Shown in pieces: positions 1-9,091 of a stretch of 64,000 nucleotides of DNA (position 1 is its first letter; every line of letters begins with the position of its first letter). The stretch comes from Fibrobacteria bacterium. Its GTDB lineage: Bacteria > Fibrobacterota > Fibrobacteria > UBA11236. Under the pieces are notes generated by a model. The model was not told the DNA's origin and did no database searches. It saw only the letters and a program-made list of their open reading frames with translations. Where the stretch lies: NCBI GenBank assembly GCA_043745805.1, contig JAYTSD010000043.1:96001-160000 (forward strand), in the 5' to 3' direction. Position numbers and translations under genes: made by a program.

Positions 1-1614
1 GTGTACATTATGTCTGGACGTATCTTTGTCGGTCAGAACGCGGGATGCCCACAAGAAATCACAATACAATCGGGAGCAGTTGTAAAGGGCGCGCTAGGCG
101 AGCTCGGCAATGCCTCTTCATTGATCATTACTAAATGGGGTAAAATCCATGCCATGGGTACTGCAACCCAACCTATCTTGTTCACCACCGTTTTGGATAA
201 TGAAGACGATGCCAACGACTTAGGTGCTTTTGATCGTTACATGTGGGGTGGCGTGATCTTGCTCGGTAATGCCCGCATTTCCGAAGACTCAGCCTACATT
301 GAGGGTATCAACTTCGATCCTCGAGGCTCTTATGGTGGATTAAACGACGTTGACAGCTCAGGTGAAATGCACTATGTCTCCATTCGTCATGGTGGCAAGA
401 TCATCGGTAATGATAACGAAATCAATGGCCTAACTTTCGGTGGAGTAGGTAGCAAGACTGTTATCGACCATATCGAAGTATTCGCTAATGGCGATGACGG
501 CTTTGAATGGTTCGGCGGCACAGTTAATTGCAAATATTTAGTTTCCGTATACGGAAATGATGATTTGTTTGACTTTGACTTTGGTTACAAAGGCAAGTTG
601 CAATACGGTTATGGTGCCTTCAGCCCAATGAACCCAGACATTAATGGCGGCGATCAAGGCATTGAAGGCGATGGCTTCGCTTACCCTCTCAATTCCGGTA
701 ACCAAGGTCTCACGGACACCACTCGCTATTCCAAGCCAAAATGGTCTAACCTTACTCTCATTGGCGCTGGCAATCCCCAGAACACCAATACCGCGAATGA
801 CTTGGTCTTCCGTCTCCGTGACGGTACGGCTGGTGACTTCAAGAATATGGTTGCACAGGATTGGCGTTTAAACCTTGGCCGTATTGAAAACCAAGGCGGA
901 ATTCCTTGCAATGCGCCTTGCAGACTTGCCAATGACGAACTCAATGTCGAAGGAAGCGTGTTCTGGAATTTAGGTAATTGGTTCGGTAGCTTCGCTGATG
1001 TTATGGTAGCCGGCATCGGTGCCGATTCTATCGCAGCTAAAAACGTTTATGCTAATCCTTTATTGAACAGCATGCCAAACGGCGCGAACTGGACTACCAA
1101 TTCCATCGACCCTCGTCCATCCCCAACCGGCCCTGCGGTAACAACCACGCATTACCAAATGCCAGTCGATGGTTTCTTCGAACCCGTGACCTATGCCGGC
1201 GCTTTCAGCCCTACCGAAAAGAGCTGGATGGAAGGCTGGACCGCTATTTCTCAGATGGGAATTGCCAAAAAATACTTGCTTACCCAACCTGAAGGCGGCA
1301 CTGAACTAAAACCCGCTAGGTTGTATACTCCAGCAGCATGGGATTTTGTACTCACTCAAACTGGTTTGAACGGCGCTATCAACGTTGCACAATCCGGAGC
1401 TTGGCTGGACGGCAATGACGTGAGCGGAACCTTTCAATCTGCCATTTTCCCTTTCCCAACTGTTCTCGGTAATGGCGATCGAGTTTACAAAGCCAATGGT
1501 CAAACTGGTGCAGTCTTTGGCGCTCCAGGCAAACATAACCTTCGAGTGAAGTTGGTGATCGCCGCGACTAATCAAGTCATCGACGAGACCAGCTACTGGG
1601 TAACGAACCCTTAA
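1..1614 (+). CDS. Secreted/surface right-handed beta-helix protein of the type encoded next to TonB-dependent receptors (probably 5'-truncated by the window)
   Basis: Motifs WGGVILLGNA, DSSGEMHYVSIRHGG, EINGLTFGGVGSKT and GDDGFEWFGGTV. It is paralogous to 5307..8399. The ORF starts at base 1 with no signal peptide, so the true start is likely upstream. Confidence 0.7.
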   Translation: MYIMSGRIFVGQNAGCPQEITIQSGAVVKGALGELGNASSLIITKWGKIHAMGTATQPILFTTVLDNEDDANDLGAFDRYMWGGVILLGNARISEDSAYIEGINFDPRGSYGGLNDVDSSGEMHYVSIRHGGKIIGNDNEINGLTFGGVGSKTVIDHIEVFANGDDGFEWFGGTVNCKYLVSVYGNDDLFDFDFGYKGKLQYGYGAFSPMNPDINGGDQGIEGDGFAYPLNSGNQGLTDTTRYSKPKWSNLTLIGAGNPQNTNTANDLVFRLRDGTAGDFKNMVAQDWRLNLGRIENQGGIPCNAPCRLANDELNVEGSVFWNLGNWFGSFADVMVAGIGADSIAAKNVYANPLLNSMPNGANWTTNSIDPRPSPTGPAVTTTHYQMPVDGFFEPVTYAGAFSPTEKSWMEGWTAISQMGIAKKYLLTQPEGGTELKPARLYTPAAWDFVLTQTGLNGAINVAQSGAWLDGNDVSGTFQSAIFPFPTVLGNGDRVYKANGQTGAVFGAPGKHNLRVKLVIAATNQVIDETSYWVTNP

Positions 1615-1645
1615 TTCGTAGATCTTTGGATCGACTATCTTTTCG

Positions 1646-1676
1646 GATCGAGGGCAGCCGCCCCCGATCTTTTTTT
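1646..1676 (+). terminator. Rho-independent terminator
   Basis: GATCGAGGGC-agcc-GCCCCCGATC stem (one mismatch) followed by T7, 31 nt after the stop at 1614. Confidence 0.75.
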
Positions 1677-1763
1677 CATCTAGAAACCCAATCTCCTCGA
1701 AATAATTTCTCCGCAACATATCAGTAACCGTTTTGAAAATCCTTTCTAGTACAGTTTCCCCCT

Positions 1764-4700
1764 ATGAAACTAGAAATCCGCCACCTTCTGCAAATCTTAC
1801 CCCTTTTCCTTATTGTTGCCTGTTGCACCGCCGGTACCTTGGATACGCTTTCCAATCGGAACTTCGTCCCCGTCCTCGATCTGGATTCTCTAATCGCAGA
1901 TACCCTCGGCATCCCAGCGAAGCAAGCGGAAAAACGTCTGAACAGCGCGAGCAGTAGCACTGCCAATGTGCATAACACTGTGAGAGACTCGACGGCTAAG
2001 ACGGACACTGTCACAAAATCCACTTCATCGGGTATTGTCTTCAATTCCGGCCTCAAAGGAGACCGAGGAATTTTGCGCGGCCTCGTACTCAGTGTCGATG
2101 GCGCTAAGCCTATAGCCGACGTCTCCATTAACCTGCAACGGGATACCATAAGGCTTTCGACGTCTACCGATGCGGCAGGCCTATATCGTATCGTCGGCAT
2201 CCCGCCGGGCGTTTGGAAAATTACCATACTGCGAAAAGGCTATGAGACCAAATTGATGGACGCAGAATCGGTCACAGCCGGCGAAGACCGTGTGATGGAA
2301 ATCCAATTAGAGCGTAAAATCCTGAAAGGCCAATTGGTGCAAGCGACATCGGGAAGGAAGGCCGGAAGCTCCCAAGATATCCTGACTAAGCGCAAGCAGG
2401 CTGCTGCCGTAATGGAAGGCGTCTCCGCAGAGAAGATTGCCAAAACCACTGACTCGGATGCTGGCGCCATCGCCAGGCGCATCACGGGCACCTCGCTGGT
2501 AGGTGGGAAATATATCTATGTGCGTGGGTTGGGTGAACGGTACACCAATATGACATTGAATGGGCTCCCAGTGCCTTCGCCGGAAAAGGATAAGCGGGTT
2601 GTTCCGCAAGATCTATTCCCAGCGGGAGCCTTGGAAAGTTTCTCCATTTACAAAACCTTCGTTCCTGATCTTTATTCCGATTTCGCGGGCGGTTCAGTTG
2701 CTTTGGTTACCAAGGGGATCCCCGAAAAGTCTTTTTTCAAAGTCAGCCTTTCCACCTCTAATTATTATCATGGGCGCTTGGACAGCGCTAATTACTTAAC
2801 CGCTTACCGTGAAGAGGCGCCGAAGAATGGCTTAGCCCCAGAAGCGCGTCCAGCCGGATGGATTGTGGGTGACCGTCGCTTAACCTATAATGGCGGTAAT
2901 ACCTTTTGGGGTTTTGACGATGGCACTCGATCCTTACCAAAAGGTTTTCCCGGAAGCATTCCTAGGGGACTTTCCGAGACCGCTGCCCAGGAGGCCCGCA
3001 ACAAGGGATTACCTGGCTACTCCACGAATGAGCGCATTCAACTGGCCAACGAACTATCCAATGTGTACGCCATTGACACAGCGAAGATAAAATCTCCCAC
3101 GAATTTCACGATATCTGGTGGAAGCGTATTCCCAGCTCCTGGCGACGGAAAATTCGGATACCTCGCTACCCTCGGCTTCAAGAATAAGTACGATCAGAAC
3201 CTGGTGGAGAAGCAAGATGTGGTCTTAGCCAATGCATATGTCGATGTGTCGGAGTTCAATACCCGATTGCAGATGAATGTGGTTCGCCGGGCGCAACTAT
3301 TTGATACGGTTCAGTCTGATTCGGGCCCCGTTGCCGTCCCCGTAAGCTCTCTGCAGCCTGGTATCACTGCTCAAAACGATCAAGGGACTTATGAAGCGCA
3401 ATTGACTGGCATGCTGAATATGCGCTATGAAAATCCCAACTGGGCCGTCTGGTGGAAAAATTTCGCTATTAATCTCGGCACGGATCATGCCAACATCACA
3501 CACAGCTACGTTTCCCCTCGCGCAGGAGGCCAAGTTACTGGCCAAGGAAGCCCGTATGAAGAGCGCTCTTTATTGGAATTCAATCGGCGGGATTTGATTT
3601 GTAGCCAAGTGGGGGGCGAGGCCTATGTCGGCAAGGGATTAATGGATTCCGTAACCTGGGCGGCGGGACTTTCAAACGTCACTGGAGAAACCCCAGACAG
3701 TCGCCGCTATATTTATAGTCAGTCCGTGGTAAAACCGGAACAGGCGTTCGAATTTCGCAATACCGATGTTTGGGGCACACGCATTTACGAATCGCTGGAT
3801 GAAGTGGCCGCGGCAGCTCGTGTCGACGCTATGCTGATCATTCCTCCGGAATATGCTTCGCGTGACACTTTTTTCCTTGAAGGCCAAATTTTCTCCCATC
3901 TCGCTCTGCCCACCTTTACTACCGGTCTTGCTTGGAATGGCAGGAAACGGCATTTTAATGCCACCCGTTATGCGTACAATGATGCTCGGTCACTAACAGG
4001 CCTAAAATTAGAACAGATTCGCGCGCCGGATTCTTTGTCCCGGGACATTACCGAAGGAGTATCCGATTTTTCCACCGGCCCAAAAGATTACGACACTTAC
4101 AATGCGAGTGAAATCCAGGCCGCGTCTTATTTGGCGAGCTCCATTTCTGCGCGTTTGTGGGATATTCCGTTGGGATTGGATGGGGGAGTAAGGGCAGAGT
4201 GGTACAATTTTAAACTACGGGCGCCATACACAGGGATCAACGAAGGTCAACCTGACAAGAAGATCAAAATTGGGGAGTGGGCGGCCTACCCGACGGTCGG
4301 CATTTGGATTCAGCCGACGCGCCCTTTGAAGTTACGTTTGCAATATGCACAAACCGCCGTTCGCCCAGAAATCCGCGAAGTAGCCCCTACTGCATTCGCG
4401 GACTTTACTAGCGGACGTACCATCTTAGGGAATCCGGATTTGCAAAAGACTAGGGTGATCCATTATGATACCCGCGCTGATTTGTATTTGCCTTTCCAGC
4501 AAACTATTTCCGTCTCGCTCTTTTACAAGGACTTCACTAAGCCGGTGGAAACGTCCGTCGACATTGATAAGATTGAATCTCAACAAAATGCTCAAGGTGC
4601 TTATGTGAAAGGCGTCGAATTCGAAGCGGTCATTAATCCCGGCCATTTGCTCGACGGGCTGGATCTATCACTTGCCTGGCTACAAGGGTTGGAGATTTCC

Positions 4701-5180
4701 GGAAACCTGGCACTGATGCAGTCAGAAGTGAGTCTCCGAAAGGAATCTAGTGGAGTCAATACCTCCAAACGCCGGCCCATGGTGGGACAGGCTCCTTATT
4801 TGATCAACCTATCCCTCACCCACGAAGCCGAAGCCGGGCCATTTGCCTTTCTCAATGCGGTATTGTTCAACCTAGCCGGGGAACGTATACACATCGCTGG
4901 AACTCAAGGACTACCGGATATCACGGAAAAACCCTATGCCAGTCTAGAATCCCTGCACCGCTTCACGTTTTGGAAGCGCACTGAGCTAAGCGTGCGCGTC
5001 AAAAATTGGCTAAGGCAATCTAAAGAATTTCGGGTCAAGGAATACAACGATAAACTTATTTATCATACTCTAACACCTGAGCAATACCAAGCCACATTTG
5101 GTAAGGTCGAACGTTACTTAACCCTTGAGCGCACCCAGGAAGGCCTTTCGGTAGAAGTTAATTTATCATGTCAACTGTAA
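1764..5180 (+). CDS. TonB-dependent outer-membrane receptor with N-terminal carboxypeptidase-regulatory-like domain
   Basis: Signal peptide; [17 protein letters not shown] (CarboxypepD_reg-like); plug motif [41 protein letters not shown]; barrel motifs GNPDL, SLFYKDF, GVEFE and GQAPYLIN. Confidence 0.9.
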   Translation: MKLEIRHLLQILPLFLIVACCTAGTLDTLSNRNFVPVLDLDSLIADTLGIPAKQAEKRLNSASSSTANVHNTVRDSTAKTDTVTKSTSSGIVFNSGLKGDRGILRGLVLSVDGAKPIADVSINLQRDTIRLSTSTDAAGLYRIVGIPPGVWKITILRKGYETKLMDAESVTAGEDRVMEIQLERKILKGQLVQATSGRKAGSSQDILTKRKQAAAVMEGVSAEKIAKTTDSDAGAIARRITGTSLVGGKYIYVRGLGERYTNMTLNGLPVPSPEKDKRVVPQDLFPAGALESFSIYKTFVPDLYSDFAGGSVALVTKGIPEKSFFKVSLSTSNYYHGRLDSANYLTAYREEAPKNGLAPEARPAGWIVGDRRLTYNGGNTFWGFDDGTRSLPKGFPGSIPRGLSETAAQEARNKGLPGYSTNERIQLANELSNVYAIDTAKIKSPTNFTISGGSVFPAPGDGKFGYLATLGFKNKYDQNLVEKQDVVLANAYVDVSEFNTRLQMNVVRRAQLFDTVQSDSGPVAVPVSSLQPGITAQNDQGTYEAQLTGMLNMRYENPNWAVWWKNFAINLGTDHANITHSYVSPRAGGQVTGQGSPYEERSLLEFNRRDLICSQVGGEAYVGKGLMDSVTWAAGLSNVTGETPDSRRYIYSQSVVKPEQAFEFRNTDVWGTRIYESLDEVAAAARVDAMLIIPPEYASRDTFFLEGQIFSHLALPTFTTGLAWNGRKRHFNATRYAYNDARSLTGLKLEQIRAPDSLSRDITEGVSDFSTGPKDYDTYNASEIQAASYLASSISARLWDIPLGLDGGVRAEWYNFKLRAPYTGINEGQPDKKIKIGEWAAYPTVGIWIQPTRPLKLRLQYAQTAVRPEIREVAPTAFADFTSGRTILGNPDLQKTRVIHYDTRADLYLPFQQTISVSLFYKDFTKPVETSVDIDKIESQQNAQGAYVKGVEFEAVINPGHLLDGLDLSLAWLQGLEISGNLALMQSEVSLRKESSGVNTSKRRPMVGQAPYLINLSLTHEAEAGPFAFLNAVLFNLAGERIHIAGTQGLPDITEKPYASLESLHRFTFWKRTELSVRVKNWLRQSKEFRVKEYNDKLIYHTLTPEQYQATFGKVERYLTLERTQEGLSVEVNLSCQL

Positions 5181-5306
5181 TGAAATGGCGTTGCAATAAA
5201 TTGGGGCCTCGTTTGAAATGTCGCGTTATGATCTTTTACCCATTATTCCATCGGTAATTAAAATCCGGAGGATTCGACCAACACCACCCCATGGGAGACC
5301 ACCAAT

Positions 5307-8300
5307 ATGTTAAAATCGATATTATTAAAACCTTTTTTGCTGAGTGGAGCCATTGCCGCTACGCTTGGAGCGCAATTAGCAATTGCTGCTTTGCCGACCA
5401 AGGATATTCCAACCAAAAAGTCCGTAGGCGGTAGCCCCGCGGATAGCATTGTGGTAAATACTCGGCTTACCAATGATACAATTTGGATACTGAACGGCTA
5501 CACAATGGTCAAGTCCGGTGTCACCCTCACCATTGATCCGGGTACCACTATCCAGCCTAGTTTAACCAATCGCGGCACTTTGATGGTGGATCGTGGCGGG
5601 TACTTGGTGGCTGCGGGCACCAAAGCACAGCCCATTACCTTTCAGTGCGAGAAAAATTCGGATGGCACCCCAGCCGAACGTGGACAATGGGGCGGTATCG
5701 TAATGCTCGGAAAGGCACGAAGCAACCAACAAATTGGAGGTGGCTTACTCCAATATGAAGCTTTGGGCTGGGCCAAATTCGGCGCGAAAACAACTGACCT
5801 TGATCCCAACAACGACTCTTCTGGTGTGCTCACCTATGTACGTCTTGACGGACCCGGATTCCCGATTGCTGTGGACCGTGAGTTAAATGGAATCACCTTA
5901 TGCGCAGTAGGCAGAAAAACCTTAATCCACCATGTTCAGGTTGATCGTGGAGATGACGACGGTATTGAGTTTTTCGGAGGATCGGCCAATGCCGACCATA
6001 TGGTGATAACCAACCAAACAGATGACAGCTACGATGTGGATCAAGGGTATAGCGGAACCATCGATTATATGATAGGGATACAGAGGACTGAGGCACCTAG
6101 GCTTCGAGACCCAGGTAGCACTCTCCCGTTTGAACCGGTGGGCGATTTTGGGATTGAATGCAGCAGCACCTCCGCACCCGGTATTCGCCCTTTGAATGCT
6201 CTTCATTTCTCTCATATTACTTTGATAGACAATGGCGGTTATGATGGAGCCATGGAAGACAAGGAAGAATGCGCCGGCACTTTTGAGAAAATGGTTGTTG
6301 TGGCTGGAGGTGCTGCCAAGGATAAGCCATCGGGCTGGGCCTTCCGGATCACAGGCGATGGTACTGCCGCGAATATTACTTCGTCCCCTTCCAGCTTAAC
6401 TTATAGCGACGTTTTCCTAACCGGAAAGTGGACTGAACTTTATACTTTTTTAGGCCTTACCGGTACCCCAGCACAAGTGGCTGTCCAAAAAGCATTGGTC
6501 ACATCCATCTTGAACACTGAGATTAAAAACTATCCCTATGATGCTGTGAATTCCTACGGCCTATATAAAGATTTGACACCTTCAAATACCGATATCATCG
6601 CGGCCAAGTCCGGCGCCATTGTAGACGGAGATCTCTGGTATCAAGACTGGACTCTTCCTGGCACTATGGAATTCCCCTTGGGAGATCGCTTCAATGTTGA
6701 AGACCCCTCCGCAACCTTAACTCGTACACCTACGACCGATCTGACCTCCCCAGGTAGCTTCACCTTAAACGCTACTGCTACAGATCCCGATGATATTGCC
6801 AAGTTGGAAATACTTCAAGATGGCCTTGTCTTGGCATCGGCCACCACCGGAGCGGTTTCTTTCAATGTCGTTAATGCCCAGGCTGGCACGATTGTATATA
6901 CTGTCCGCGCTACGGATAAGCATCCCTATAAAGTGAGGACTTCCACGCAAGCCCTGTCGGTAACTGTCACCAATCTTCCCCCTGTCGTGACAATTGATAC
7001 GGCCTCTGCGCAGAACTTGGTTCAACCAGCCAGCTTTACTTTGAAAACCAGCGCCACAGATGCTGATGGTATTGCCACCTTAGAAATTCTTGAAGGGTCT
7101 ACAGTACTCAGCTCAAATACCAATTCCGGAACCTTGAATTTCGATCTCACCAACGTTTCGGCTGGCCTACACAAATATAGCGTTCGCGCCAAAGATAAAA
7201 GTGCCACGAATCCGTTGACTGCAACATCGGAAATGCTCATCTTTGTGGCTCCCCCTCCAGCTAACAAAGCCCCGGTGATAACGTCCTTCGGTCGCACGGG
7301 AGAGACCCTCATAGCAAATGCCAGCTTTACGCTCAATGCTGCTGCCACGGATTCGGATGGAGCAATTGCCAGCATGCAAATTCTAGAAGGCAATCAGGTT
7401 TTGGCTTCCAGCGCTAGCGGTACAATTTCCTTCGCAGTCCCTGATAAAGCTGCTGGCAATTATTCCTATCTCTTGAAAGTCACAGATAACCATGCTTCCG
7501 ATCCCCGTACGGTTGTCCAAGTTCTAAACGTAGTGGTATTTGCTCAGCCGCCGGCAGAAAACGTAGCCGGTCCGGTTATCAATATCACTCGCACAGGCAA
7601 TGATACCCTAATGGAACCCGCCAGCTTCACACTCAACGCAACGGCCGATGACCCCAATGGGATCGATACCGTGCAAATCCTAGTGAACGGCGAAGTTAAG
7701 GCCACAGGCACTTCGTTAACCTTAAGCTTCCCAATTTCCAATATGGTTGCTGGAACTTACAAGTACACCATCAAGGCTAAGGATAAGCATGCGACGGATC
7801 CCAAGTGGTCCAGTAAAGATTTCGATGTTGTGGTAGCTGCCAACGCGGCTCCGAGCATAGTTAGCTTTTCTCGGAGCGGAGAACCCAATCTTGTAGGCAC
7901 TGCGGCCTTTACTATGAGTGCCGTGGCCGCGGATTTGGATGGAATCGCCTCTTTGCAAATTCTGATTGGCAACACCGTCTTGGGCACCAGCAGCAATGGT
8001 GTACTTTCGGTTCAGATTAATAACCTTTTGCCAGGTAGTTATACCTATACCGTCAAAGCCACGGATAAGAATAGTGCCAATCCCAAGGTGACGACGCAGG
8101 AACTGAAAGTGACTGTTGAGGCTGTTGTTGTATCCATCGCCATTCCTCTGCGCGACCTGAGCGGCATTCGCTTCTCGTCAAGTCAAGGACAGAATCTGAT
8201 CATTGAATCTGAGGGCATTGGTTACGTCAAACTGGTAGTGTGGAACCTTTCCGGGCACAAAGTCAGCGCGCGTAATGTGCGCCTTGAGCAGGGGCAGAAT

Positions 8301-8399
8301 GCCGTTTTCATGGGTAACCTGCGCGGATTGCATATTGTACGTCTAACCAGCGGCAAGGAATCACGTTCCGCCCGCATTGTATTCAATCCTAATAATTAA
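5307..8399 (+). CDS. Secreted beta-helix protein with five tandem Ig-like domains and a T9SS-CTD-like C-terminus
   Basis: Signal peptide; WGGIVMLG, DSSGVLTYVR, ELNGITL and GDDDGIEFFGG motifs shared with 1..1614; five ~92-aa repeats of the form P..SFTL.A.A.D.DGI..L.IL; C-terminal KLVVWNLSGHKV...GLHIVRL. Confidence 0.75.
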   Translation: MLKSILLKPFLLSGAIAATLGAQLAIAALPTKDIPTKKSVGGSPADSIVVNTRLTNDTIWILNGYTMVKSGVTLTIDPGTTIQPSLTNRGTLMVDRGGYLVAAGTKAQPITFQCEKNSDGTPAERGQWGGIVMLGKARSNQQIGGGLLQYEALGWAKFGAKTTDLDPNNDSSGVLTYVRLDGPGFPIAVDRELNGITLCAVGRKTLIHHVQVDRGDDDGIEFFGGSANADHMVITNQTDDSYDVDQGYSGTIDYMIGIQRTEAPRLRDPGSTLPFEPVGDFGIECSSTSAPGIRPLNALHFSHITLIDNGGYDGAMEDKEECAGTFEKMVVVAGGAAKDKPSGWAFRITGDGTAANITSSPSSLTYSDVFLTGKWTELYTFLGLTGTPAQVAVQKALVTSILNTEIKNYPYDAVNSYGLYKDLTPSNTDIIAAKSGAIVDGDLWYQDWTLPGTMEFPLGDRFNVEDPSATLTRTPTTDLTSPGSFTLNATATDPDDIAKLEILQDGLVLASATTGAVSFNVVNAQAGTIVYTVRATDKHPYKVRTSTQALSVTVTNLPPVVTIDTASAQNLVQPASFTLKTSATDADGIATLEILEGSTVLSSNTNSGTLNFDLTNVSAGLHKYSVRAKDKSATNPLTATSEMLIFVAPPPANKAPVITSFGRTGETLIANASFTLNAAATDSDGAIASMQILEGNQVLASSASGTISFAVPDKAAGNYSYLLKVTDNHASDPRTVVQVLNVVVFAQPPAENVAGPVINITRTGNDTLMEPASFTLNATADDPNGIDTVQILVNGEVKATGTSLTLSFPISNMVAGTYKYTIKAKDKHATDPKWSSKDFDVVVAANAAPSIVSFSRSGEPNLVGTAAFTMSAVAADLDGIASLQILIGNTVLGTSSNGVLSVQINNLLPGSYTYTVKATDKNSANPKVTTQELKVTVEAVVVSIAIPLRDLSGIRFSSSQGQNLIIESEGIGYVKLVVWNLSGHKVSARNVRLEQGQNAVFMGNLRGLHIVRLTSGKESRSARIVFNPNN
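6704..8120 (+). repeat. Five diverged tandem Ig-like (Big/PKD-type) domain repeats within the CDS
   Basis: Repeating protein units SFTLNATATDPDD / SFTLKTSATDADG / SFTLNAAATDSDG / SFTLNATADDPNG / AFTMSAVAADLDG, each followed by a Y.V.A.DK-like strand. Confidence 0.8.
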
Positions 8400-8434
8400 T
8401 TTGTATAGCTTTGCCTGAAGGGAAAAAGAGGAAT

Positions 8435-9025
8435 ATGTCGACATTTATTAATCGTAAAGCGTTGGCAGGCCTCTGCCTTTCTGGCGGCCTTTTACTCCTA
8501 TCGGCTGAGAGCGTCCAGGGTATTCCTGGCCGTTTTCGGGCCGCTTCTATCATCGAAGACAGTATTCCGCAATTAGGCCGCATCGCGCATTCGCCCGATC
8601 AACTCATTCGCAATGCCATATCTCGACTTCTCGATCGGGACCTTTTGGGCTTAATCCTGATGGGCCCTGATCCTGAATTACTCATGACCATTTATAAGAA
8701 AACGCCTGAAGGCAAAAAAGCCGGCGAAGTCGAATTGAATTTTATTCGTGAATTTTATTACATGGACAATGGAAAATTATTGAGCCGCAGTGTGGAAAAA
8801 TACGGCGGAAAAAACCTCGAGCTAATTTCTTGGAAAACCAATACCCCCCCAGTTCAGTTGGACGGTGGCGGTAAAATATTACGCGACCTTGAAATTTGGG
8901 TCATGGATTTTAAAACCCATTCCAAAGAAAAAATATCCTTTGTGCAAAGTATCTACGTGGATCCGAAAGGATGTAAAATCTGGGGATTCCAGGATCATAA
9001 GGGCGGCCAGGAAACGAACCACTAA
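8435..9025 (+). CDS. Hypothetical exported protein
   Basis: ATG at 8435 preceded by GAGG; N-terminal hydrophobic signal-like segment; co-oriented within the cluster. Confidence 0.6.
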   Translation: MSTFINRKALAGLCLSGGLLLLSAESVQGIPGRFRAASIIEDSIPQLGRIAHSPDQLIRNAISRLLDRDLLGLILMGPDPELLMTIYKKTPEGKKAGEVELNFIREFYYMDNGKLLSRSVEKYGGKNLELISWKTNTPPVQLDGGGKILRDLEIWVMDFKTHSKEKISFVQSIYVDPKGCKIWGFQDHKGGQETNH

Positions 9026-9091
9026 TATGCCTTTTGTCTCCCTATATTGAGCGACATTCTTATGCATACCCACAATTCCAAGATTGACTTT

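Noticed and set aside
1306..2609. Antisense ORFs of 80-170 aa over gene 1 and the TonB-dependent receptor (and similar shadows across the window)
   Set aside because: They largely overlap well-supported genes on the opposite strand and show no recognisable motifs.
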